A stretch of DNA of 64,000 nt, from positions 172,921 through 236,920 of the forward strand of contig CAVXXD010000013.1 of assembly GCA_963765625.1 (NCBI GenBank), read 5' to 3'. Shown piece after piece: positions 1 to 10,026 of the stretch. Source of the stretch: an uncultured bacterium (GTDB lineage: Bacteria; Actinomycetota; Geothermincolia; Geothermincolales; Geothermincolaceae). The stretch's first letter is position 1. The number at the start of each line of letters is the position of its first letter. The translations under genes were made by a program, and so were the position numbers. The notes under the pieces were generated by a model that worked only from the letters and a program-made list of their open reading frames with translations, was not told the DNA's origin and made no database searches.

Positions 1-64
1 AAGGGCAGAACAAAACTTCTCGCACCCATATTACCTGTTCCGCCCGGGGAAATGCTAGCCGGTT

Positions 65-1246
65 CTACAGGTTGGCGGCCAGTTCCTTCCCGAAGGCCAC
101 GGCGCCGGCCAGGTCCTCTTCGGTGGGGACCAGCTGGACCCGGTAAGGCTCCAGAGGCGTCTTGAACTTGAGGCCGCGCAAGCGCTCGGTGATGAGTTTG
201 GAGCCTTCACCGCTCCAGCCGTAGGAACCAAATGAAGCACCCAGCTTGCCCTTGAGTTTCAGGGTGGCCAGGTTGGAAAGCAGGTTCCATACCGGCTCCA
301 CCGCGTCGGCGTTGATGGTGGTCGATCCCACCACCAGGCCGTCCGCCGCCTCGATGTGGTTGATCATTATGCCCAGCTCGGTGCCGGCGATATCCATCAC
401 CTGCACCTTGACCCCCGAAGTGCGCAGGCCGTCGGCGATCTTCTCCGCCAGCGAGGCGGTGTTGCCGTAAGCGCTGGCATAGAAGACCAGCACGGTCTTG
501 TCGGTGGAGGGCGCGGGTATGGAACTCCACTCCTTGTAGAGACCCACCAGCTTCCAGGGGTCGGAGCGAAGCATGGGCCCGTGGCTCGGGCAGACCAGGT
601 CGATCTCCAGGTCCTTGATCTTCTCGATGGCTTCCAGCACGTACTGCTTAAAGGGGCGGAAGATGACCAGGTAGTAGTATTCGAAGGCATGACCGTAGTC
701 GTCCATGAGGTCGTCGAAGAGGCGGTCGTCGCAGTAGTGAGCCCCCAGGAAATCGCAGGGGAAGAGGGTGGTGTCTTCTTTTAAATAGGTGAAGATGGAA
801 TCGGGCCAGTGCAGGAAGGGAGCCTGGATGAAGTGGAGGGTCTTGCCGCCCAGGTCCAGGGTGTCCCCGTCCCCCACCACCATGGGCTCGACGTCGCGGT
901 TGAGGATGTTGCGGATGAAGGGGACGCAGTTGCGCCCGCATACCACCTTGGCCTGCGGTGCCTCGGCCAGCAGGGCGTTGAGAGCGCCGGAATGGTCGGG
1001 CTCGGTATGGTTGACCACGATGTAATCGATCTCGTTGAGCGGAGTGACCTGCTTGATGTTGTCGAGGTATTCGCCGGTGAAGGCGGCCTTGTTGGTGTCG
1101 ATGACGGCGGTCTTGTCGCTCCCCTTGACCAGGTAAGCGTTGTAGGTGGTGCCGTGGTCGGCCTTCATGATGATGTCGAAGACGCGCAGTTGGGGATCGA
1201 GGGCACCTACCCACCAGACGCCGTTCTTAAGTTCGACCGGGTGCAT
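65..1246 (-). CDS. fprA: FprA-family flavodiiron protein (metallo-beta-lactamase + flavodoxin domains)
   Basis: GTTYNAYL, HTEPDHSG, APFLHWPDS, PSHGP diiron motifs; C-terminal flavodoxin YASAYGNT and FGSYGWSGE. Confidence 0.93.
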   Translation of the reverse strand: MHPVELKNGVWWVGALDPQLRVFDIIMKADHGTTYNAYLVKGSDKTAVIDTNKAAFTGEYLDNIKQVTPLNEIDYIVVNHTEPDHSGALNALLAEAPQAKVVCGRNCVPFIRNILNRDVEPMVVGDGDTLDLGGKTLHFIQAPFLHWPDSIFTYLKEDTTLFPCDFLGAHYCDDRLFDDLMDDYGHAFEYYYLVIFRPFKQYVLEAIEKIKDLEIDLVCPSHGPMLRSDPWKLVGLYKEWSSIPAPSTDKTVLVFYASAYGNTASLAEKIADGLRTSGVKVQVMDIAGTELGIMINHIEAADGLVVGSTTINADAVEPVWNLLSNLATLKLKGKLGASFGSYGWSGEGSKLITERLRGLKFKTPLEPYRVQLVPTEEDLAGAVAFGKELAANL

Positions 1247-1298
1247 GATTCACTCCTCCTCGTGGTATGTTTTCTATCAGGTTCGGGGCAGCGCCGGA

Positions 1299-1457
1299 TC
1301 AGGCTTTCTCGAACATGTTCTTGGCGGCGCCGCAGACCGGGCAGGTCCAGTCGCCGGGCAGGTCCTCGAAGGCGGTGCCGGGGGCGATGCCGCCGTCGGG
1401 GTCTCCCTTGGCCGGGTCGTAGACGTAGCCACATACGCTGCACTGGTACTTGTCCAT
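1299..1457 (-). CDS. Rubredoxin (52 aa, below ORF-track cutoff)
   Basis: Manual translation [52 protein letters not shown]; two CxxC; GGAGGA RBS; directly upstream of fprA. Confidence 0.95.
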   Translation of the reverse strand: MDKYQCSVCGYVYDPAKGDPDGGIAPGTAFEDLPGDWTCPVCGAAKNMFEKA

Positions 1458-1647
1458 GTCTCCTCCTTAGGTCTGTTCCTTAGGTCTGTTCCTTCCGGTC
1501 TTACGGTCGACAGTAAAAATATTATACCCATATCCGGTGCCGTTAACCTGACTTGCTTCGGCTGCCTGTGGGAGCTGGAGTATAATGCAGGCGCAGGGAT
1601 ATGGAAGCGGCGGTCGCCCGGGCCGCCAGGAAAAGGGAGGTACCGGC

Positions 1648-2142
1648 ATGCGCATCGAAGACCACTGGGACATGATCAGCCGCATCTGCAGGAAATCCAT
1701 GGGGCTCTTCGCCTTTGGCACCGTCGACCCGGATGGGACGCCCCGCTTGACGCCCATAGGCTCGCTCATCCCGCGGGATGACTGTACCGCCTTCTATTTC
1801 GAGCGGTACCCCAGCCGGATGCCCGCCAACCTCGAGCGGGACAACCGCATCACCGTCCTGGCGGTGGACATGCGTAAGACCTTCTGGGTGAGCTCGTTCT
1901 TCCTGGGGCATTACACCCACCCGCCGGCGGTCCGCCTCTACGGCACCGTCGGAGAACTGCGCCCGGCGACCCCGGAGGAACTGGGCCGCTTCCGCAATCA
2001 CTGGCTGGTGAAGGCGATAAGCATCGTCGGGCACCGGGGTTACAAGGTGGGCTGGGAGCCCCTGACCCAGGTGCGCAACATCCGTTTCGACTCCTTCGAA
2101 CCCTGCGACATGGGCGCCATGAGCAAGGGGCACTGGAGCTAA
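1648..2142 (+). CDS. Pyridoxamine 5'-phosphate oxidase-like FMN-binding protein
   Basis: GTVDPDGTPRLTPIGS motif, NLERDNRI; GGAGG RBS before ATG 1648. Confidence 0.7.
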   Translation: MRIEDHWDMISRICRKSMGLFAFGTVDPDGTPRLTPIGSLIPRDDCTAFYFERYPSRMPANLERDNRITVLAVDMRKTFWVSSFFLGHYTHPPAVRLYGTVGELRPATPEELGRFRNHWLVKAISIVGHRGYKVGWEPLTQVRNIRFDSFEPCDMGAMSKGHWS

Positions 2143-2209
2143 TTTCCCTTCCCGGCTATATAATGGTTGAGCAAGCGCCGCGACTCGTAGTGCGAGGGGG
2201 ACCCGCCCC

Positions 2210-3217
2210 ATGGATGAAGCATTGTGGTTTTGCGCTTATACGCCACTGGAGGTCCTGGACGCCGCCGGCCTGTCGCCCCGCCGTGTGCTGGGCGACATCG
2301 AACACCTGGAAGAAGCAGATGCCTTTCTGCACCCCGCATTCTGCCCCTACGTACGCGCCTGCCTGGTGGAGGGGATGAGCGGTGGGGAAAATGGGGGAGA
2401 CGGCCGCGTAGCCGTCTTCGTCAATTCCTGCGACGCCATGCGCCGCCTGCATGACGCCTGGAGCACCCGCGTCGTAGGCCCCACTTACATGTTGGACATG
2501 CCCCGCCGCTGCGACGCCCTGGGCGAGCGCCTGCTGGCGAGTTCCCTTCTTTCTTTTATAAAGAAGCTTGAGGCCGATACCGGGCACGAGATAACCCCGG
2601 CGGGGCTCAGGGAAGCCACGGCGCTGAGAGACGAAGTCGCGCTACACCTGGCTCATCTGGGGGACGGGCTGGCCGGGTCGGCGCGCATGCGCCTGGCACG
2701 GCAGGCCCAGTGCCTGCCCCCGGGCGAGTTCCTTGCTCTGGGCAGGGACGGGCTGCCCCCCGGCCGGGGCATGCCCCTGCTGGTCACCGGCAACCTGCTC
2801 AACCCGGAAGGGATGGTAGCCCTCATCGAGGAGCACGGCGGCTGGCTCAAGGGGGTGGACCTCTGCAACGGCGAGCGCCCCTTCGGCCCGGCCGGCGAGC
2901 TGGAAGGGGACACCCTGGAAGAAACGTGTCTTTCCCTGGCCCGGCGATACCTGGCCCGCCGGCATTGCGCGCGCATGCATGACGCGCCCGACCGCGACGC
3001 CGCGCTTCTCGCGATGGTGCGCGAGACGGGAGCGCGGGGCGTGGTCTTCGCTTCTTTGAAGTTCTGCGACACCTACCTCTACGACTTTCCGCGGGTGGCG
3101 GCCTTCCTGGAAAAGGAAGGGGTGCCCCTGCTCCGGCTGGAGAGCGACTACCAGGACGGCCACGCCGGTCAGCTCTCCACGCGCGTCGAGGCCTTCATAG
3201 AAATGCTGGGGGGTTGA
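2210..3217 (+). CDS. 2-hydroxyacyl-CoA dehydratase family subunit
   Basis: FCAYTPLE, FCPYVR, NSCDAMRR, LKFCD, QLSTRVEAFIEM. Confidence 0.87.
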   Translation: MDEALWFCAYTPLEVLDAAGLSPRRVLGDIEHLEEADAFLHPAFCPYVRACLVEGMSGGENGGDGRVAVFVNSCDAMRRLHDAWSTRVVGPTYMLDMPRRCDALGERLLASSLLSFIKKLEADTGHEITPAGLREATALRDEVALHLAHLGDGLAGSARMRLARQAQCLPPGEFLALGRDGLPPGRGMPLLVTGNLLNPEGMVALIEEHGGWLKGVDLCNGERPFGPAGELEGDTLEETCLSLARRYLARRHCARMHDAPDRDAALLAMVRETGARGVVFASLKFCDTYLYDFPRVAAFLEKEGVPLLRLESDYQDGHAGQLSTRVEAFIEMLGG

Positions 3218-3218
3218 G

Positions 3219-4487
3219 ATGGCGGACTGGAGGATGGTGCTGTTCGACAGGTTCAGGGACCGCGTAACGCCGCGCACCACGCAGTCCACCCTGTTCTGGA
3301 CGGCCACCGAGCAGCTGGCCCGCTCTCCCCTCAACCGCCCTGCCTGGAAGGCCGACACCGTGGCCGTCTCCTACTTCCTGCGCCAGACCCGCATGGCTTT
3401 TCAGGGAAAGCGGACGGTCGTCTGGTCCAGCCTGCTCTTCCCCAGCGAACTCATCCACGCGGCGGGCGCGGTGCCCTTCTTCCCGGAGATGTTCTCATCC
3501 GCGGCGGCCTCGGTGGAACTGGCTCCTCGCTTCCTGGATAAGGCGCAGGAACGCGGCTTCTCCAGCGATGCCTGCGCCTTCCACCGCGTCATCCTGGGGA
3601 GCTACCTCGAAGGCTTTCTGCCCGCCCCGCTGGTGATCGGTTCCGTCAGCTACCTCTGCGAATCCGCCCCCCTTTCTTTTCAAGCCATCGCCTTGGAGGA
3701 AAATGTCCCACACCTTCTGCTGGAGATTCCTTACGAAGAAAACGAGCATGGTCTGGCCTGCCTGGCGGAACAGATGGAAGAAGCCGGCGCGGCCATCGCC
3801 CAGGCCGCCGGGGTCACCCCGGACGCTTACCGGCGGGGCCTGGAGAAGGCCATCGACAGCTCCAACCAGGCACGCCGGGCCATGCTCGAGGTGGAGGAAC
3901 TGCGCCAGGCTCACCCCCTCCTGCTGAACGGCAAGGAAGCCCTGGGGCACCTGATTATGCTGGCTAGCGCCTTCGGCCACCCGGCGGGTGTCGACTTCTA
4001 CGGGGGGCTGGCGGCGGAGATGGCCAGGATGGCGGCTCGGGGCGAAGGCGTGGATGGCAACGGGACGAAGCGGCTGCTGTGGATGCACCTGAAACCGTAT
4101 TACCCGCACACCCTCTTCGATCACGTGGAGAGGCACGGGGGGCGCATCGTGGTGGAGGAGTTCAACCGATGTTACTGGGACGAGCTCGACCCCTCTCGTC
4201 CCTACGAGAGCCTGGCCCGCAAGCTCATGGGGCACTTCGGGGTGGGCCCGGCCGAGCGCCGGGTGGAGAAGATGGTGGAGCTGGCCCGCGCCTTCGGCGT
4301 GGACGGGGCGATCCACTTCAGCCACTGGGGGTGCCGGCAGTCCACCGGCGGCGCGGTGCTGGTCAAGGATGCCCTGCGGCGGGAAGGGATACCGACGCTG
4401 CTGCTGGAGTGCGAATGCATCGATGGGCGGGAGTACCAGGAGGGTCAGGTCTCCACCCGGCTGGAGGCCTTCCTCGAATCGTTGTAG
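3219..4487 (+). CDS. 2-hydroxyacyl-CoA dehydratase family subunit
   Basis: GFSSDACAFHR, DGAIHFSHWGCRQ, ECECID, QVSTRLEAFLE. Confidence 0.87.
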   Translation: MADWRMVLFDRFRDRVTPRTTQSTLFWTATEQLARSPLNRPAWKADTVAVSYFLRQTRMAFQGKRTVVWSSLLFPSELIHAAGAVPFFPEMFSSAAASVELAPRFLDKAQERGFSSDACAFHRVILGSYLEGFLPAPLVIGSVSYLCESAPLSFQAIALEENVPHLLLEIPYEENEHGLACLAEQMEEAGAAIAQAAGVTPDAYRRGLEKAIDSSNQARRAMLEVEELRQAHPLLLNGKEALGHLIMLASAFGHPAGVDFYGGLAAEMARMAARGEGVDGNGTKRLLWMHLKPYYPHTLFDHVERHGGRIVVEEFNRCYWDELDPSRPYESLARKLMGHFGVGPAERRVEKMVELARAFGVDGAIHFSHWGCRQSTGGAVLVKDALRREGIPTLLLECECIDGREYQEGQVSTRLEAFLESL

Positions 4488-4590
4488 GAAATTTGGGGTC
4501 AGACCCCTTCTCCACTTTCTCTGAAACCAGCAGGAATTCTTGGCTGTGCCCAGAGAAAGTGGAGAAGGGGTCTGACCCCAAATTTCCTAC
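4484..4590. repeat. REP/REPIN-like perfect 40-bp inverted repeat with 27-bp spacer
   Basis: 4484-4523 GTAGGAAATTTGGGGTCAGACCCCTTCTCCACTTTCTCTG is the exact reverse complement of 4551-4590; GTAG ends. Confidence 0.9.
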
Positions 4591-5088
4591 GTGCCCCAGG
4601 CGTTGTCCTTCTTGACGATGGTCCAGCTGTCGCCATCCTTGGCCAGGCGGTAGATGGTGCCCTGCATGGACATGGGCCCGAAGATGCTGTCCACCTCGAC
4701 GATGGCCTCACCGGTATCCTCGTTCATGTCCAGGACGCGAACGGAGTGCTGGCTTGCCCTCCAGATCATGTCGTTATTCGCGTCCCTGGCGCTTTTGAGG
4801 ACGTCGAACTCGTCCAGGGTTATCTCGGTGATGCTGCCGTCCTCGATCTTCCACATCTTCTCGTTGACGTCCACCGGGTCGGTGCTCTCGGAGGGATAGC
4901 GCTGCAGGACCACCAGCTGCGTCGGCTGTTGCTGCAAGGGCATGACGATGTCGTGGATGACGTAGTCGACTATCTGGTCGCGCACGGTCGGCTGCTCGCC
5001 GCTCCCGCACCCTCCCGCCGCCACCAGCAGCAGCGATCAACGAGAGTGCCAGCGCCGCGAAGGCGGTGAAACCGTTCTTCTTCAACAT
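4587..5088 (-). CDS. Hypothetical lipoprotein (one apparent frameshift near 5035)
   Basis: Signal peptide MLKKNGFTAFAALALSLI in one frame continues as LLLVAAGGC (lipobox) plus acidic domain in another. Confidence 0.55.
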
Positions 5089-5268
5089 ATCTTCTCAAGA
5101 CCCCCTTCTTAAGGTTTTTCTTCTTAGACGTTCCTTACGTAGTTTTCTACCACAGTCGCGACAAACCCTCCATGCCGGACGATTTGCCATTTACGTCGAC
5201 GGCCCCGATATGATAATTTGCAGTAACGGACCCACGGTACGCGGAGGTTCCGGCTTGACAAGTCAATC

Positions 5269-5348
5269 ACGTACGGGGTGCTTCTTCCAGCAAGAAGCTG
5301 AGATCATACCCTCAGAACCTGATCCGGGTAATGCCGGCGTAGGGAACA
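5269..5348 (+). ncRNA. TPP riboswitch
   Basis: GGGGTGC...GCTGAGATCATACCC...GAACCTGATCCGGGTAATGCCGGCGTAGGGA matches THI-box consensus; upstream of thiM. Confidence 0.93.
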
Positions 5349-5364
5349 CAAACTTTGGAGCATA

Positions 5365-5401
5365 GGGGCTGCACCTCACGGGACGGCACCCTTTTTCTTT
5401 T
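5365..5401 (+). terminator. Probable riboswitch expression-platform terminator
   Basis: GGGGCTGC...GGCACCC followed by T-tract; GCACCC can alternatively pair with GGGTGC of the aptamer. Confidence 0.5.
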
Positions 5402-5421
5402 ACTTATGTGGAGGTGGAGAC

Positions 5422-6238
5422 ATGGACGGAAAGAGTTTCGCGGAAACGATCATCGAGCGGCGCGCGCTTCTGAAGGAAAAAGAAGCCGCTGATTCACCAC
5501 ATCACCAACTTCGTGGTGATGAACGAGACGGCCAACCTGACCATCTGCGCGGGGGCGCTGCCGGTGATGGCCCACGCCGTGCAGGAAGTGGAAGAGATGG
5601 CCGGCCTGGCCTCGGCCCTGGTGCTGAACATCGGCACCCTCTACCCGGAGACGGTGGAAGCCATGCTGCTGGCGGGCAAGCGCGCCAACCGGCTGGGGGT
5701 GCCGGTGGTGCTGGACCCGGTGGGGGCGGGCGCCACGGCCTACCGCACCGAGACGGCCCGGCGCATCCTGGCCGAAGTGAAGGTGGCGGTGGTGCGGGGC
5801 AACGCCGGGGAGATCTCCATCCTGGCCGGGCGCCAGGCAGAGGTGCGCGGGGTGGACTCCATCTCCGCCGAGGAAGACATGGGCGCGGTGGCGCGCGAGC
5901 TGGCGGCGGACCTGGGCTGCGTCACAGCGGTGACCGGCCCGGTGGACCACTTAAGCGACGGTCGCCGGGTGATCTCGATCAGCAACGGGCACCCCCTGAT
6001 GGGGCAGGTCACCGGCACCGGCTGCATGTCCACCACCATGGCCGCCTGCTACTGCGCCGCCGGCGAGCCCTGGCTGGAAGGTGCGGCGGCGGGGCTGACG
6101 GTGTTCGGCATCGCCGGTGAACTGGCGGCGGAAAAGAGCGGTCCCAACCCGGGTTCTTTCCACGTGGCACTCTACGACTGCCTGTACGGGTTGACGGATG
6201 AGGATATCCGTAGCCGGGCACGGGTGGAGGAAGCCTAA
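5422..6238 (+). CDS. thiM: Hydroxyethylthiazole kinase (one extra A near 5477-5481)
   Basis: KPLIHHITNFVVMNETAN after removing one A; LVLNIGTL, VLDPVGAGAT, RGNAGEI, VTGTGC; TPP riboswitch upstream. Confidence 0.92.
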
Positions 6239-6384
6239 GCCTTGTAGGCCCTCTCATTTCTCAGCTTCACGGCAAGCACGTAGAAGGTTGCCTGACCGTC
6301 ATCGACTCTTGGCCTCCCTTTTGCAGCCTGTTTTTTTCCACTAAAGCTTACTGCTTTTCTTGCTCCGGGCAAGGAACTCGTTTG

Positions 6385-7395
6385 TCAATTGGTTTTGATT
6401 CTTCGGTATTTCGAAGGGCTTATGCCGTTCCACAATTTGAATGCCTTACGAAATGTTGTAGTCTCCGAAAACCCTACCAGATCCGCAATCTGGTCCATGC
6501 TTAGATTGGTGTTTTCCAGATACTTTTTTGATAGATCCGAGCGAACTTCATTCAAGATCTTCTTATATGAAGTATTCCTTTCCTGCAGCCTGCGGTTGAG
6601 GGATCTCGTGCTTATGCCAAGTTCTTTTGCCATTTCCCCTACTTTGACAAACCTGTTGACTGAAGACATGATGATATTCCTGATCTTATCCACGAATTGA
6701 TCCGATTTCTTGAGTCCTTCGAGCATCTCATCACAGAACTTCGTGCAGTATTCAAATACACTCCTGTTTGCAGTGAAGACAGGCAGGCTGAAGAAACTGG
6801 AATCTAAGCTCATTGAGTTATCAGAGGCCAGGAACACTATCGGGCAGTGAAACATCTCCTCGTATAATCCCGCTTGCTCCGGGGCCGGGTAGGTCAGGCG
6901 GACTTCCGTCAAATCTATCCTCTGGTTCACGAGGAAGTTCATTCCGTAATACGTCGTGGATAGGACCTCTTCCAGTGCATAGACCAGCACTCTATCCTCA
7001 AATTGATAAAGCGGTTCAAACTGGATTATCCACTCAGAATCTCCTTGCTTCTTACTGATCTTTGTGAGCTGACCAGGGAGTTCCTGATACTTAAGAAAAA
7101 TGTTGGCGGCGTCGCCGAGAGTCCTGCTGCTCATGAGCGCGTATCCGAAAGTACCGAACATGGCAAGGTTGACCGCTTGTCCGAGCCTTAGGCCAAGAGC
7201 ATCGTCTCCTGTAATATCAAGAGCGTTGGTGATGAGGCGGGTATAATCGGGATAGGTTATAAAAGATTCTTCGCTGCCGAACCATTCATCTTCTACCCGT
7301 ATCCCTTCCAGCAAGCAGGATTCCTCGATACCTGCCTCGCGAAGCTGTCTTATCAGCCACTGTGCCGTAGGAGCACGGATCAGATCTGCTGCCAT
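6385..7395 (-). CDS. AraC-family transcriptional regulator
   Basis: N-terminal FGTFGYALMSSRTL ligand domain; C-terminal HTH MAKELGISTRSLNRRL...IADLVGFSETTTFRKAFKLWNGISPSKYR. Confidence 0.9.
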   Translation of the reverse strand: MAADLIRAPTAQWLIRQLREAGIEESCLLEGIRVEDEWFGSEESFITYPDYTRLITNALDITGDDALGLRLGQAVNLAMFGTFGYALMSSRTLGDAANIFLKYQELPGQLTKISKKQGDSEWIIQFEPLYQFEDRVLVYALEEVLSTTYYGMNFLVNQRIDLTEVRLTYPAPEQAGLYEEMFHCPIVFLASDNSMSLDSSFFSLPVFTANRSVFEYCTKFCDEMLEGLKKSDQFVDKIRNIIMSSVNRFVKVGEMAKELGISTRSLNRRLQERNTSYKKILNEVRSDLSKKYLENTNLSMDQIADLVGFSETTTFRKAFKLWNGISPSKYRRIKTN

Positions 7396-7512
7396 ACAGG
7401 CAAGTATATTGCTTATTGGCGCAATTTGCCAAATAAATGGCATCTTCCCTCCTATCGCCCGGCAATCATGCAAGAATATACTGATTCTTAGAATGAAAAG
7501 GAGGTATTAGCG

Positions 7513-9051
7513 ATGATGGGGAAAGGGCGGATCGACGATTGTCTCTCGATCAGAAACGGGCATCTCTATATCGAAGAATGTGACACGATCGACCTGGTCA
7601 GAAAATATGGCTCACCTATTTTTATCGTGTCCGAGGATCAGCTCAGGCGCAATATCAGAAGGTACAGACAGAGCTTTGAGGCAGGGTGGACCGACGGTCC
7701 CGTAAAGGTGATGCCTGCCGCAAAAGCCAGCTGGTCGCATGCGATCCAGAAGATCATTGCGGAAGAGGGTTGCGGGTGTGATATCTACTCGCCCGGAGAA
7801 CTGGAGGTGGCTCTCGATTCAGGGTTTGACCCGCAGTACATCTCCGTCAACGGCGTTCCCAAAGATGATGCCCATATCGAGAATGCCATAATTAAGGGCG
7901 CACGAATCACCCTTGATGGAATCGAGGAGATAGACGTTGTCGAAAGAGTCGCAAACGAATTGAATAAGACCGCCATGGTGAGGCTGCGTATCCGGCCGAC
8001 GATCTCCGGTTTCCAGAAATATTCCCACTTCAATCCCACTGGGCCCGTCGCCACGGACATAGCGGCGATGTCCTACAAAGGCGGCATGCCGTACACGCAG
8101 GCCATTGATATCGGGAAAAGAATAATGAAGATGAAGAATGTCGAACTCGTCGGGTTCCACCAGCATCATGGGCGACACCACCAATCAACGAAGTACTGGA
8201 TCGAACAGATGAAGTCCTATGCGGAAGAGATGGGATATATCTGCAATGCGCTGGATGGCTACCAGCCAAGCGAAATCAGCATCGGGGGAGGGTTCGCAAC
8301 CCACAGGGATCCCTTTAACGCAGAGACCCACTATTCCGAACCATATGAGCTTCTGGCATTGCATGGGCTTTCTATCATGCTGAAGATCTTTGGACCAAAA
8401 ATACGGTATGCGGTGATCAACTTCATTCTAGGCCTGATGATGGAATACGTTCCCAACAAAAAGCTCGCCCCAACGATCGAGGATTACGCCGAAGCCTGTA
8501 CATCGGCACTTAAGGAACACCTTCCTGGAAACGGCATATCCACGAAGGGGTTGATGCTGCAGATGGAGCCCGGCCGTTCCCTCCATGGCGATACGGCGAT
8601 ACATTTGACCACTGTGAAGAACGCCAAGCCGATGGAGCAGCCCGTAAAATGGAATAAATACATCGTGGACACCACCCAATTCTGGTTTACTGGTGGGATT
8701 TACGAGCATCATCTCCATGATTATGTAATAGCCAACAAGGCTGATGAGAGAATGACCGAAAAAGCCGACATCGTAGGCAGAAGCTGCTATGGAGATCGCT
8801 TGCTCCCCTTTGTCCGGATTCCAAAGAGCCTCGAGGTTGGCGACGTGCTCGCAATGCTAGACGTGGGCGCTTATCAGGAAGTGTCCATGAGTAATTTTAA
8901 CGCTATGCCCAGGCCCGCGACCTTCCTGGTAAAAGGAGACGCGGTGCACCTGATCAGGAAACCGGAAACCCTTGAAGACGTTTTCAGGCGTGACGTGATC
9001 CCGGGTCATCTTCAAGGTGCCGTTAAGCCTGTCCTGAAAGAGGCGCGCTAG
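7513..9051 (+). CDS. PLP-dependent group IV (diaminopimelate decarboxylase-like) decarboxylase
   Basis: YGSPIFI, AAKAS (PLP Lys), SPGEL, IGGGF, MEPGRSL, VGRSCYGD, DVGAY, SNFNAMPRP. Confidence 0.8.
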   Translation: MMGKGRIDDCLSIRNGHLYIEECDTIDLVRKYGSPIFIVSEDQLRRNIRRYRQSFEAGWTDGPVKVMPAAKASWSHAIQKIIAEEGCGCDIYSPGELEVALDSGFDPQYISVNGVPKDDAHIENAIIKGARITLDGIEEIDVVERVANELNKTAMVRLRIRPTISGFQKYSHFNPTGPVATDIAAMSYKGGMPYTQAIDIGKRIMKMKNVELVGFHQHHGRHHQSTKYWIEQMKSYAEEMGYICNALDGYQPSEISIGGGFATHRDPFNAETHYSEPYELLALHGLSIMLKIFGPKIRYAVINFILGLMMEYVPNKKLAPTIEDYAEACTSALKEHLPGNGISTKGLMLQMEPGRSLHGDTAIHLTTVKNAKPMEQPVKWNKYIVDTTQFWFTGGIYEHHLHDYVIANKADERMTEKADIVGRSCYGDRLLPFVRIPKSLEVGDVLAMLDVGAYQEVSMSNFNAMPRPATFLVKGDAVHLIRKPETLEDVFRRDVIPGHLQGAVKPVLKEAR

Positions 9052-10013
9052 TCAGGGGGGTCTTCCGCCGGGAGGCCATACCGAATGGTCTTTTTAGTCT
9101 GCATCGCCATAAGGGCTTCCGAGATCTGAGTAGTTTTTTCGTCTGCACATAATTCCAGACTGATTCTCCATAATCTATCTTGTGACTCCTGATCCAATAT
9201 ATCCATATCCTCTTTAATCTCCACAAATCCATTATTCTTCCATGTGATAAATTTTCCGGACTTCTTAAGGCTTTCTTCTTGGTTCTCGGTAAACAAGGGA
9301 GCCATTATCTCTCCGCATTTCTCTATGGAAATAAATGTTCCAAAGAACTTCATTATTGTTGCCATTATTCTCATATAGGCAGGAATAATATTGATCTGGT
9401 TGCTCCATACGGTTTTCGATATTTCAAAACCGATAAAGGACAGGTTTGATCCGTTGACGTTTCCGTACAGATTATGCAGCCTAACAAGAAACATTCGTTT
9501 TGCTGCCATGGCTTGGTGGATGCCATCTTCGTAACACCATTTGTTCTTCATTTGCATGTCGTCCCAGAATATCTTTCCTCCCTTCGTGACGTTAAAAATA
9601 ACCCTTCCTCCGCTCTCGGAATTTTCTAATAGGGACAATAGGTTCAAGGTCAACATAAACTGAGACAAATAATTCACTTGGAAATGTGAATCCATTCCAT
9701 CTTCAGTCTCTACCCTTTTGGCAGCGTAACCTAAGCCGGCATTTATGAATATTCCATCTAGAAACTTATGTTGGCTTTTAATCTCGTTTATTGCATTCTC
9801 GACGTCACTAAGTTTAGTAAGGTCACATAGAACAATCGAAATATTTCTATTTAAAGTGGTGTTTTCAAATTCTTTAATTACTGACTCGCCGAGTTCTTTA
9901 GATCTACAAAGTATGATTACCTCATGAACCTGGTCATCAATACCTGCTAATACTTTTGCAACTCCTTTACCCATTCCATTGGTGCCGCCGGTTATTAATA
10001 TCCTCATTGTCAT
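9048..10013 (-). CDS. SDR-family oxidoreductase (atypical active site)
   Basis: ILITGGTNGMGKG, CDLT, INAG, FQVNYLSQF, QDRLWRIS. Confidence 0.8.
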   Translation of the reverse strand: MTMRILITGGTNGMGKGVAKVLAGIDDQVHEVIILCRSKELGESVIKEFENTTLNRNISIVLCDLTKLSDVENAINEIKSQHKFLDGIFINAGLGYAAKRVETEDGMDSHFQVNYLSQFMLTLNLLSLLENSESGGRVIFNVTKGGKIFWDDMQMKNKWCYEDGIHQAMAAKRMFLVRLHNLYGNVNGSNLSFIGFEISKTVWSNQINIIPAYMRIMATIMKFFGTFISIEKCGEIMAPLFTENQEESLKKSGKFITWKNNGFVEIKEDMDILDQESQDRLWRISLELCADEKTTQISEALMAMQTKKTIRYGLPAEDPPD

Positions 10014-10026
10014 TTTCTCCTCATAG

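Noticed and set aside
1465-1494. 13-bp tandem repeat CCTTAGGTCTGTT x2 upstream of rubredoxin
   Set aside because: Only two copies; consistent with a simple slippage duplication, not a CRISPR or iteron array
5470-5490. Programmed frameshift in thiM at GAAAAAGAAG
   Set aside because: Needs a +1 shift in an A-run, no stimulatory element seen, and similar homopolymer indels occur elsewhere; sequencing error is more likely
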